From an uncultured Candidatus Saccharibacteria bacterium (GTDB lineage: Bacteria > Patescibacteriota > Andersenbacteria > UBA10190): DNA of 64,000 nucleotides. Position numbers and translations under genes: made by a program. Below, piece after piece: positions 8,951 to 17,729 of the stretch. The first letter of the stretch is position 1; every line of letters starts with the position of its first letter. Location of the stretch: assembly GCA_964371255.1 (NCBI GenBank), contig CAYJKV010000003.1, forward strand, positions 8,458 to 72,457, read 5' to 3'. The notes under the pieces were generated by a model. That model searched no databases. It was not told the origin of the DNA and saw nothing but the letters and a program-made list of their open reading frames with translations.

Positions 8951-10285
8951 ATGTCACCAACATATGTGAGGTTAGCTGATAGTGCCATATTCAAATCACG
9001 CTATGAGCAGAGGTACCTGATCAACACCTCTTGTCGTAACCGGGAACGCATTCTAATTGAAGGAGGGGCTGAACAAGTATTGCTTTTTCTATTTTCAGGA
9101 AAAAGTATCAGTGGCGCATGTACACATTTTTGTCTGGATTCAGAACAACTGACTGCCTATATACAAGGGCTGGTAGCCGAAAATGTTGTTGCTTGGTGCA
9201 CCAGTGCGATTGACTCCACAGCAAAGTGCTACAACACAGAGCCGCCACTCGATAGTATAAACATTCTTCTCACAAACGCGTGCAATCTTCATTGTGTACA
9301 CTGTGGCTTCTCGAGTGGCAAACCAATCGTGGGGGAACTAACTGGAGATGAGTGGATTAGTGTTCTTCAGGAAGCAGAACAGCTCGGTGTTTTTGAGGTC
9401 AACGTTTCCGGAGGAGAGCCAACGCTTCATAGAAATTTTATTCAGATAGCAAAACATATTTCTTCGATCCCATGCTTCAATGCCAATCTGAATACTAATG
9501 GTGTATCATTACCACCCCAGTACATTGAAACCATCGCGCAGGCCTTCACTAGTGTCCAAATTAGTATTGACGATGTTGTAGCATCAAAACATGACAAGTT
9601 TCGTGGTCGCAGAGGAAGTTTCAAGCGGTCAATAGAAACAATAAGACAGCTCGTCAATACAGGCGTCGAAACGAATATCGGTTTTACGTTAACCGCTGAT
9701 AATATTACAGCCCTAGATGATATTGTTGAGTTAGCGGAAAACTTAGGTGTCACTGTGCTGAACATCGGTCTAGTTGCCAATCTTGGTCGTGCTCACGATA
9801 ACCTACTACTAAAGGAGTTTGGAACAGGGCCGTGTCATAACAGTCCATTCATGGACCAAGTGTACCAGAGGATAAAGAAGTTATCGGTTAGTTCATCAAA
9901 TGTCCAGATTCTCCTGCCGTTTCGCATCCCTGACAAAAACCGGCCCGCGCCATTACAAGATAAGCGATACATTTGTGACGGCGATAACACGCAGGTTCTC
10001 TACATAACAGCGAATGGAAATATGATGCCTTGTGACAAGTTACCAGTTGAGGCGTTCTCTTACGGCAATGTGCGGCAGAACACGATACTGGGTACTTGGC
10101 AGTCTGATCGGATGAAAAAGTTCAAACTAATGAGTCCTAATGAGCTTCCCAAATGTAAAAAGTGCCCCGATTTAAGATTGTGTGGCGGAGCTTGTGTAGC
10201 ACGTGCTTATCAAGAGGGTGGTAGTCTGGATTCCTCAGATTGGATATCATGCGTTATTGCACAAAAGGTTTCTCAAGACTACTAG
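8951..10285 (+). CDS. radical SAM / SPASM-domain peptide-modifying enzyme with N-terminal PqqD-like RRE
   Basis: Cx3Cx2C motif NACNLHCVHCGF. The C-terminal Cys-rich SPASM region includes CDGD...MPCDKL...CKKCPDLRLCGGACVARAY. The first ~90 aa have a PqqD/RRE-like pattern. AAGGAG lies 7 nt upstream of the ATG. Confidence 0.8.
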   Translation: MSPTYVRLADSAIFKSRYEQRYLINTSCRNRERILIEGGAEQVLLFLFSGKSISGACTHFCLDSEQLTAYIQGLVAENVVAWCTSAIDSTAKCYNTEPPLDSINILLTNACNLHCVHCGFSSGKPIVGELTGDEWISVLQEAEQLGVFEVNVSGGEPTLHRNFIQIAKHISSIPCFNANLNTNGVSLPPQYIETIAQAFTSVQISIDDVVASKHDKFRGRRGSFKRSIETIRQLVNTGVETNIGFTLTADNITALDDIVELAENLGVTVLNIGLVANLGRAHDNLLLKEFGTGPCHNSPFMDQVYQRIKKLSVSSSNVQILLPFRIPDKNRPAPLQDKRYICDGDNTQVLYITANGNMMPCDKLPVEAFSYGNVRQNTILGTWQSDRMKKFKLMSPNELPKCKKCPDLRLCGGACVARAYQEGGSLDSSDWISCVIAQKVSQDY

Positions 10286-10360
10286 GCACCAGGAGAACGA
10301 TCTATCTCCTGTGCCTTTTTTATTTGTACTATCGCAGTATTATTATGTAGTTTTATTAGT

Positions 10361-11110
10361 ATGATGGATAAGCCTTGGTGGAAAACAGCCTTTAACGAAT
10401 CGTATCTTACTGCTTTTGATGACTACTACTCTGCAGTAAAAGGGGAAAAAGAGGCAGTTTTTCTTATTCAGGCATTGTCGATTAAGAAAGGCGCCAGTGT
10501 CCTTGATCTTGCATGCGGGCAAGGAAGGCACGCTATTGCACTTGCACAGAATGGCATGAAAGTAACTGGTCTTGATACTTCGGCTATTCTTTTAAACGAA
10601 GCTGGGAAAAGAGCGAAAATGGAAGGAGTGACAATCTCGTTTGTGAATGGAGACATGCGTTCATATCATGATACTAATAAATTTGAGGCTGTGCTTGTTC
10701 TGGGTAATTCGTTTGGATATTTTAGCGACAAAGATAACGAGAATGTATTATCAAATATCTCCACTTCTTTACAAGTTGGTGGTTGGTTGGTCTTAGATTT
10801 ACCAAATACACCTGGTATGCTCCGCCGGAAAATGACGGGGAAACAAATTCAGAAAAACGTGAACACAACAGTGACAACGCGCACGGTTAATTTCAACCCG
10901 GAAACATTTCGTGCAGATTTACAGTGGGAAATTTATCAAAACACAAAAAAGGTCTCATTCAATGGAAATTTGCGTTTGTACACGCCACCAGAGATTAATC
11001 ATCTTCTTAGCGAGCGAGGCTTGGTTATCAGAAAAACGTATGGTTCATTCAGTGATGAAACATACAATATTGATACAAAGCGTTACCTGGTAATAGCGCA
11101 AAAGATATAA
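10361..11110 (+). CDS. class I SAM-dependent methyltransferase
   Basis: Motif I VLDLACGQGRHAIALAQNGMKVTGLD, in a 249-aa protein. Confidence 0.75.
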   Translation: MMDKPWWKTAFNESYLTAFDDYYSAVKGEKEAVFLIQALSIKKGASVLDLACGQGRHAIALAQNGMKVTGLDTSAILLNEAGKRAKMEGVTISFVNGDMRSYHDTNKFEAVLVLGNSFGYFSDKDNENVLSNISTSLQVGGWLVLDLPNTPGMLRRKMTGKQIQKNVNTTVTTRTVNFNPETFRADLQWEIYQNTKKVSFNGNLRLYTPPEINHLLSERGLVIRKTYGSFSDETYNIDTKRYLVIAQKI

Positions 11111-11199
11111 TTAATATCACAAATAAGTTTATATTCTAAGGAAATTAGTCTTTGAGAACAGTTGAGCATTGTGGGCGCCATTCAGTAGCCTCAACCTCC

Positions 11200-11396
11200 C
11201 TCTTGATATACTATAAAACCATATGATCCCCTGGCTCCGTCGTCCCAATAACAATCACCGCGACTCGTTATTCAACCTGCCTCTCTACCCTCCAGCCCCT
11301 AAAAAAAATGGGGGAGTCGATCTAGCCTCCCAGCAGCTCACTACTGACGTTAATCAAATCTTAACGTCCTTCTCTGTTGTTAAAGCTCGCCGTCAG
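11200..11396. repeat. Direct repeat copy B (~197 bp), the intact 5' end of the PaaK-like gene
   Basis: Matches 8282-8477 with a few substitutions and a 2-nt A-run difference. It contains the ATG 11223 start and an open frame continuing into the 540-aa ORF. Confidence 0.85.
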
Positions 11397-12845
11397 TTAT
11401 CTGACGTAAGTGAGGAGGAATGGCAAGGCAGGGGAGAGAAGAGGGCGTTGGCCCTTTTCCGAGCAGCCGCTGAATATGTTCCCGCCTACAAAGATTTTCT
11501 TAAGAAGAATAAGGTTAACCCGGATAAAATTAAAACCGTCAGTGACTTCAAACAGGTGCCCTTCGTCGATAAAGAAAACTACCTGCGTGTTTACCCCTTA
11601 CAACAGCTTTGTTGGTATGGTGACTTGTCTTTCTCTCAAATAATTTCTTTTAGCTCTGGTTCATCTGGACAGCCATTGTTTTGGCCTCGCGGTCAAATAC
11701 TAGACACAGAAACTACCCTTGAACATGAATTATTCCTGTCATCGTTTTTTAATATTGATACAAAGTCCACCCTATTGCTCAATTGCTTTTCCATGGGTAT
11801 GTATGTCGCCGGTAGCATCACATTAAATAGCGTCCTTAATTTAGGCCGAAAAGGTTATCCCATAACTGTCGTTACTCCCGGAATAGACATGGAAGATATC
11901 ATCCGAGTCATCCCTGAACTAAATCCTCATTTTAACCAAATCATCATTGCTGGTTATCCACCTTTTGTAAAAGATATCCTCGATGAAGGCATCCGAGCAG
12001 GAATTAACTGGCAGGACATTTCCATTAAATTCATCTTAGCTGGTGAAGGATATAGTGAAACTTGGCGAAAGCACATATCCAAAATTGTTAATGACGGGAG
12101 CCCTCTCTACGATTTCATAAATCTTTACGGATCAGCTGACGCAGCTGTGTTAGCTCATGAAACCCCTACTTCTATTATAACGCGATCGCGACTGGCGGGA
12201 GATGATAAAGTTCGAGAAAAACTCTTTGGTAGTTCACTGTTACCATCCTTATTACAGTATTATCCTGAGCATAAATTCTTTGAGCCTGTAAACAACGAAT
12301 TGATCTTCTCTACCACCGGCGGCGTCCCTCTTGTCCGCTATAATATTCACGACAAGGGAGGAATATTAAGCAAAAAGGACATAACAAGTAATATCCCGGA
12401 ACTGGATGAGTATCATACGGAATTAAAACGCCAAAACCATCTCTGGAATTTGCCCTTCGTGTATGTTTTTGGTAAAAGCGACTGCACTATAATGTTGTAT
12501 GGTCTTAATATTTACCCGGATAACATAAAAACTGCCTTGGAAAGTGAAGCCTTAAGAAAAACAACTACTGGTCGGTTTACTATGACATCTGAATTCAACG
12601 CCAATATGGATCAATATTTGCTCATTAATGTTGAGCTTGCCCCCGCTACAGAGCCTTCTCAAGCCTTGACCAGTGATATTAGCGACGCGATTGTATCAAC
12701 TCTTAAGAAAATGAATCGTGAGTACCAAAAATTATTTAACTCCATTGGCAACAAAGCCCTACCCACAATACGTCTGCACAAAAAAGGGGAAGGTAATCTG
12801 TTCTCACGAGCCGGCAAACAAAAATGGGTGAGAAATAATCCATAA
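11223..12845 (+). CDS. phenylacetate-CoA ligase / coenzyme F390 synthetase-family adenylate-forming enzyme (CapK-like)
   Basis: AMP-binding motif SFSSGSSGQPLFWP (PaaK-family SSGTTG-like). The N-terminal LRAAAEYVPAYKDFL region is typical of the PaaK family. The protein is 540 aa. Confidence 0.7.
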   Translation: MIPWLRRPNNNHRDSLFNLPLYPPAPKKNGGVDLASQQLTTDVNQILTSFSVVKARRQLSDVSEEEWQGRGEKRALALFRAAAEYVPAYKDFLKKNKVNPDKIKTVSDFKQVPFVDKENYLRVYPLQQLCWYGDLSFSQIISFSSGSSGQPLFWPRGQILDTETTLEHELFLSSFFNIDTKSTLLLNCFSMGMYVAGSITLNSVLNLGRKGYPITVVTPGIDMEDIIRVIPELNPHFNQIIIAGYPPFVKDILDEGIRAGINWQDISIKFILAGEGYSETWRKHISKIVNDGSPLYDFINLYGSADAAVLAHETPTSIITRSRLAGDDKVREKLFGSSLLPSLLQYYPEHKFFEPVNNELIFSTTGGVPLVRYNIHDKGGILSKKDITSNIPELDEYHTELKRQNHLWNLPFVYVFGKSDCTIMLYGLNIYPDNIKTALESEALRKTTTGRFTMTSEFNANMDQYLLINVELAPATEPSQALTSDISDAIVSTLKKMNREYQKLFNSIGNKALPTIRLHKKGEGNLFSRAGKQKWVRNNP

Positions 12846-12953
12846 TTTCAGGTTATTTATCATCGTTCTCAATTGAAGCCCATTTCAATCCCCGATATGC
12901 CAAACACACCTGCCCTGAAATCATGCCCTTTGCGCCACAATTATCTTGCCATA

Positions 12954-12974
12954 TTGTCAATAACGGTTGACAAA
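12954..12974. promoter_or_regulatory. palindromic motif TTGTCAATAACGGTTGACAAA in the long intergenic region upstream of the 922-aa gene
   Basis: 7-bp inverted arms TTGTCAA/TTGACAA. It closely matches ATGTCAATAACCATTGACAAAA at 16523-16544. Related TTGTCAATAAATTGTTACAA and TTGTAACAA palindromes lie nearby at 13085-13180. Confidence 0.45.
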
Positions 12975-13215
12975 ACGCCCCAAAACTCGCTGTAGATCGT
13001 CGCTATATACCCCATAAATCAAGCCGTCTTAGGCCCTTTCAAGACAGAATCCTGCACTGTTTAACCATGTTCGTATATTGTTTGTCAATAAATTGTTACA
13101 AATTGCCTATATATACCGATTGACGTAAACCTATTCTCCTGCCTATTGTAACAATACTCAGTTTTCTGCTCGTCCTTTCCAACTAAATTTCCTCTGTTTC
13201 GAAAGGAGCTACCCA

Positions 13216-15984
13216 ATGGGTACCTCACGCCGCGTGAGGGGACTCGCCATGGAAAGTCTGGAAAGAAGGATTTATCTTTCTGCCGACCCCATTAGCCTGT
13301 CCCAATGGCAGAGCCAAGCCTGGTGTACAGGCTCGGTTTCTGAACAATCCGGTACAATCGTTGTAGCCGCCAATGGTCAAAGCCAGGGAGGCGACCATGT
13401 CGCCCTCACTGACTCGCCGGCCGTGGTTGACAGTGATCTCTATCTTGAGTTCACGCCGCAAGTCAACCATCTTGGCAACGACAAGGTGGTCTTCGAGATC
13501 AGTAATGGCAGTGGTACGCGCGTCGTCATCAACCTCGAACGCAACGACGCTGGTAACCTCTTTAGCATTACTGAACAAGAAGGGTATGGTGCACCGTCAT
13601 ATATCCAGACCGTCACCATCACCAACAACACTTCACACCGCCTGGAAATGAATGTGGATGAAGCAAGTTTTACTCTCTTCATCGACCAGCTGCCGCTCGC
13701 CACTTACCCTGGACAGCTGGCCGCGAACTCCTTTGTTCGTCTGTGCGTTCGCGGTGATAGGGAAATCGCGCAATTGCAGCTGACTGGTTTAGGCGGGATG
13801 TTCTCGGACTATACCAGTTCCTTAGGTGAATCTGGTGAAGCATCCGACCCCGCTGATCCGCTTGATGCGTCGCTTTGGCAACAGCAAACCTGGAGTACCG
13901 GTCAAGTCTCATCGACCGGCAGCCAGATTAGCCTTAGCGCCAACGGCGGAGCGCAGGGTGGAGACCATGTCGTAATCTTGCAGTCCCCAGTCGTTCCGGG
14001 AGATTTCTTTCTGGATATTCTTCCCAGTGTCAACTACGCTGCTGCGAACGCTGACAGCGACAAAGTCTTGGTTGAAATCGGCAACGGTACCACCTCGCGC
14101 CACACGGTCAATCTTGTCCGTGACAGCAATGGTGATCTGTACACAATTGTCGAGACCACAGATCCAGAGGCTCAGATTAGCCAGGTGACAATCACCAACG
14201 GCCAATCTCATCGCCTCGAGGTTAATGCGACAGAAACCGACTTCTCCGTCTTTGTCGATGAATCGCTCGTCGCTGCTTTCTCTGAGCCTTTAGCGGCCGA
14301 TGCTTTCGTCCGTTTGGGGCTGCGTGGTGACAAGGCTTTAGCGCAGGTAAGTCTCACTGGCTTAAATGGCGTCTTTACACCATATACCAGCGAGCTGATT
14401 GCCGGCGCTGAACCTCAAATCATCGAGCTCTTTGCTCTAGTTACTCTGGATGCCGCTGTCCTTCCAGTGGTGGAAGTGCCCAGCTTTGTAGCTAGCCTCT
14501 CCGCGCCGGCACCGACAGTGCCAAGCATGGGTACCGTTGAAACTGCCAGCTTCGCGCAACGCATTGCTCGCAGTATTACGTCTGCTAATACGATTGCTCG
14601 CACTGGTCGGACATATTACGACGCCGACTACGGAGTAGACGTCTACGCCGGTTCTAACCAGTACTTCGTGGAGTACAATAACGGCGCTGTTGAACTGCGA
14701 GTCATCCCCTCCGGTCTACCAGCCGGCCAGGACCACCCGTTTGTTCATGAAGTAACGCCGATTCTCCGCAACACTGCAGACGTCGGTCAGGTTGCTAAGC
14801 CGGTTAGTCGAACTGGCGCGACCTTCTACGATCCGGCACGCGGTATTGATGTCTATGCCGGTGAGGGCAAATACTTGATCGAATACACGGATGGCACCAT
14901 TGAAGAACGTAATCGACCTAGCGGCGGATACATTCCTCTTCCGGAAGACTTCACCGTCGGCGGCTCGGACTATTCCGAGCCCATGTCTGCCTTCGGACCT
15001 TCCGCGCAAGTCCTCGGTCTTTCCACGGATGGCACCAGCCCCAAGTCTAGCAGCGAACTCTACTATATCGGCCCTTCGTATGTGTCGAATAGCGGACAGC
15101 AGCGCATCGCCGGACCAGGTCAAGTTTTTCTGCAGGATCCTGTCACTAAAACGATTCTTCTTCGTCCCGTGGCAGATGGTGACGTAGCTCTGCAGAGGCC
15201 CGTATCCCCAGTAGTCACTATTGCCACCCATCCCGCTACGGTCATTACCGACCTCTTCCAGCAAACCTATGGCCGGACGCCAACCAGTGAAGAACTCTCT
15301 TACTGGCGCCAACGTACGGATAAGAGTGGGGATTCATTACTTGGAGCGATGGAGTATGCGCATCAGCAGTCTGTTGATGCAACTATAACTCAGTTAGGGT
15401 TAATAGATAGCAGTGCTATTGGATACTTTGATTCAGAGAGTCCAATGTCAGCATATGACCTTCCTGAGTTTCACAGCATTTCTCAGGTCCCCGTTGCAGA
15501 ATTCGTGGTGTCCTTAAATCTTGGCTTAATCGACCGTGATCAAGCAGCAGCCACGATTTATACGCACATCGAAGAGCTTGAGTTATGGTGGAACACTACG
15601 GTGCAAACGCATCTTGATGCATTCAGTTTATGGAAGAACGAATTAAGTTTTGTACCACCATCGCCCGTAAGCATGGAAGCGTTGTCGTTTTACATCAACA
15701 GTCCTGATTACGTAGTCACTGTAGACTCTTTACCATCATTTGTAACTGGAAGTATACATGATGGTGCCTCAACATCTATCCGAATTCGTCGTATTGGTAG
15801 TATCACTGGCACTCAAGTAACACTTGATGCCTCAGGCAATATCATTCAAGTAGGCGAGCAAGGAGCAGGCTCTGACGACATGATAAGCCCCACTAGCACC
15901 CCAGGACACATTTCACTCATAGACGGTGCACGACTTTGGGGGCATGTAACCTTGGACGTGCTTCCTTGGCTAATTTTTCAGTAG
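13216..15984 (+). CDS. large repetitive secreted or surface protein (two ~190-aa tandem N-terminal repeats, two ~80-aa repeats, DUF4214-like motif)
   Basis: AAGGAG RBS upstream of the ATG. Internal duplication is visible (QSQGGDHVALTDSP... versus AQGGDHVVILQSP...; TGRTYYDADYGVDVYAG versus TGATFYDPARGIDVYAG). A DUF4214-like LFQQTYGRTPTSEELSYWRQRTDKSGDSLLGAMEY lies near residue 700. The first ~2.1 kb is GC-rich and the last ~0.65 kb is AT-rich. Confidence 0.7.
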   Translation: MGTSRRVRGLAMESLERRIYLSADPISLSQWQSQAWCTGSVSEQSGTIVVAANGQSQGGDHVALTDSPAVVDSDLYLEFTPQVNHLGNDKVVFEISNGSGTRVVINLERNDAGNLFSITEQEGYGAPSYIQTVTITNNTSHRLEMNVDEASFTLFIDQLPLATYPGQLAANSFVRLCVRGDREIAQLQLTGLGGMFSDYTSSLGESGEASDPADPLDASLWQQQTWSTGQVSSTGSQISLSANGGAQGGDHVVILQSPVVPGDFFLDILPSVNYAAANADSDKVLVEIGNGTTSRHTVNLVRDSNGDLYTIVETTDPEAQISQVTITNGQSHRLEVNATETDFSVFVDESLVAAFSEPLAADAFVRLGLRGDKALAQVSLTGLNGVFTPYTSELIAGAEPQIIELFALVTLDAAVLPVVEVPSFVASLSAPAPTVPSMGTVETASFAQRIARSITSANTIARTGRTYYDADYGVDVYAGSNQYFVEYNNGAVELRVIPSGLPAGQDHPFVHEVTPILRNTADVGQVAKPVSRTGATFYDPARGIDVYAGEGKYLIEYTDGTIEERNRPSGGYIPLPEDFTVGGSDYSEPMSAFGPSAQVLGLSTDGTSPKSSSELYYIGPSYVSNSGQQRIAGPGQVFLQDPVTKTILLRPVADGDVALQRPVSPVVTIATHPATVITDLFQQTYGRTPTSEELSYWRQRTDKSGDSLLGAMEYAHQQSVDATITQLGLIDSSAIGYFDSESPMSAYDLPEFHSISQVPVAEFVVSLNLGLIDRDQAAATIYTHIEELELWWNTTVQTHLDAFSLWKNELSFVPPSPVSMEALSFYINSPDYVVTVDSLPSFVTGSIHDGASTSIRIRRIGSITGTQVTLDASGNIIQVGEQGAGSDDMISPTSTPGHISLIDGARLWGHVTLDVLPWLIFQ

Positions 15985-16039
15985 TCCATCGTACTCTTTA
16001 GGAGACAGATTTATGGCCGCATGTAACATTGCGGCTTTT

Positions 16040-16390
16040 TTATACTACCATTCCTAAAACCATCATTATTCCAATAATAAATACCCCCAAACTTAAATGT
16101 AACCACCCAGACAGATATCTGCGATGCAGAATTCGATAAACTCCAAAAAGAGCCAGCATACCAATACTACCTATCCATAAAAAACCAAATAAACCCGTCA
16201 ATATTAGTAATAAAATTGACGTCTCGTCTCGCATCCAGGCAAAACGATTAATAGAAGAGAAGAATACACTTAAGAATCCAAGAGACATTGAAACTAATAA
16301 AGGCAGCCACCACGACTCGACATATAACCTTATAAATCTTTCAAAGGATGGTAGGGACTGAGCAGGTATCTTTTGACCGTTATTTACCAT
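16040..16390 (-). CDS. hypothetical small membrane protein (3-4 TM helices)
   Basis: Hydrophobic ORF with no recognised family. Confidence 0.35.
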   Translation of the reverse strand: MVNNGQKIPAQSLPSFERFIRLYVESWWLPLLVSMSLGFLSVFFSSINRFAWMRDETSILLLILTGLFGFLWIGSIGMLALFGVYRILHRRYLSGWLHLSLGVFIIGIMMVLGMVV

Positions 16391-16522
16391 AAATAATTTA
16401 TACTCTTAAAAAAGATATATCTCAATCTGTATGCCTCATAAAAGTAGGACATTACACGAGATGACATAGCCATAATCTTCTAAACAACTAAAATATTCCT
16501 TTAGCAGAGCGTAAAATAAAAA

Positions 16523-16564
16523 ATGTCAATAACCATTGACAAAAACCTGTTGCCATAATATAAA
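16523..16564 (+). promoter_or_regulatory. sigma70-like promoter (TTGACA-17-TATAAA) embedded in palindrome ATGTCAATAACCATTGACAAAA
   Basis: -35 at 16536-16541, a 17-nt spacer, and -10 TATAAA at 16559-16564. It lies about 50 bp upstream of the secreted-protein gene. Confidence 0.5.
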
Positions 16565-16615
16565 TAAAAGCCCAAAGTAAGCGAAATTAATTATTTAAAT
16601 AAATCTGTGAAAACA

Positions 16616-17512
16616 ATGAAAAGTCTAATTATACTTACAGGAGCGATTTTATTGCTCTCCCCATCAATCGGCTACGCGGTCACCAGTCAGGTTTGGGTAG
16701 ACGATTTCGCTGTGAGTTTATGCGGTAATCAAAGCTTCGCCTTCTCAGGAACAGCTGAACTCAATAGTTCGGAAGAATTACTGGTGAAACTAGACAATGT
16801 GATTATTAATCACACCTTAAGCGACATTAATTGGATAACCGGACTGACACCGGTTGGTGTTGGTGCTCACACGATCAGAGCGGAAATAGTTCGCACTGCT
16901 GATAATTACATCGTAAACCAGCACCAAAGACCCTTTGTTGTTGCTTCTTGTGTGGTAAATCCCACGCCAGCCCCATCCAATGAAGGCAGCAATAGTGATT
17001 CTGACGGAGGAGGTAGTTCTGGCGGTGGTGGCGGTGGAGACGGGGGAGACGACGGCAACAACACGCCAGAACCGGCAGCTAGAAAACCTAAAGTTAAAGG
17101 CGCTAAAATCAAAGGCTCGAAATGCAGCATAGCTAACCTATCAGTACCTGCCGTTGTCGCCCGTAACTTCTCGCAAGTCTTCGGCCGCTCTATTACCCAC
17201 GCTGAAAGTGTTTATTGGAAAACAAGAGCCAGAGGCGACAAATGTAATGAAATTACTTTGGCGGGCGCGATGCGATGGCATAAACAAAAAGGTTCCGCCG
17301 GACCTACCAGAAGCCAAAACGTAGCGGGTATCAATCATGTCTCAGGTAAAGTACATCAATCTCAGATAAATTCGTTATTCCTCTCGGTTTATAACCGCAA
17401 CCCTAGCATCAGTGAAAATTCATACTGGCTATCCCGAATAAACGACAAACCATCCGTGGCCGCCATGCTTGGTGCTATGAAATTTCATTTGGCAACCCGT
17501 ATATCGCACTAG
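16616..17512 (+). CDS. secreted Gly/Asp-rich protein with two DUF4214-like motifs
   Basis: Signal peptide MKSLIILTGAILLLSPSIGYA. A low-complexity region SDSDGGGSSGGGGGGDGGDDGNN is present. Motifs ESVYWKTRARGDK...LAGAMRWH and ENSYWLSRINDKPSVAAMLGAMKFH also occur. The ATG 16616 start is preferred over the track's GTG 16607. Confidence 0.65.
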   Translation: MKSLIILTGAILLLSPSIGYAVTSQVWVDDFAVSLCGNQSFAFSGTAELNSSEELLVKLDNVIINHTLSDINWITGLTPVGVGAHTIRAEIVRTADNYIVNQHQRPFVVASCVVNPTPAPSNEGSNSDSDGGGSSGGGGGGDGGDDGNNTPEPAARKPKVKGAKIKGSKCSIANLSVPAVVARNFSQVFGRSITHAESVYWKTRARGDKCNEITLAGAMRWHKQKGSAGPTRSQNVAGINHVSGKVHQSQINSLFLSVYNRNPSISENSYWLSRINDKPSVAAMLGAMKFHLATRISH

Positions 17513-17729
17513 GCGTACCGATTAAATTTATTACCGCCAATGTTACAGATAGCAATTGCATTCTTGGCTTGAACTAGTAACTATCGTAACCACTTTCTAC
17601 GGTTGCTCTCTTAAACAATCAACAAACCAATCTAGAAGTATGTCCGTACTATCAGTGCGGTACAAAATGTCATCCCCATGCATATTAGTAAAACCTATTA
17701 CCCGCTTGCTATACTTAAAAAGGAAGTCT

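Noticed and set aside
11223-11400. The 196-bp repeat encoding a separate small gene or leader peptide rather than the N-terminus of the PaaK-like enzyme
   Set aside because: In copy B the frame runs uninterrupted from ATG 11223 into the conserved N-terminal helix of PaaK-family enzymes (AAAEYVPAYKDFL). There is no alternative in-frame start nearer that helix. A single continuous CDS is the simplest reading.
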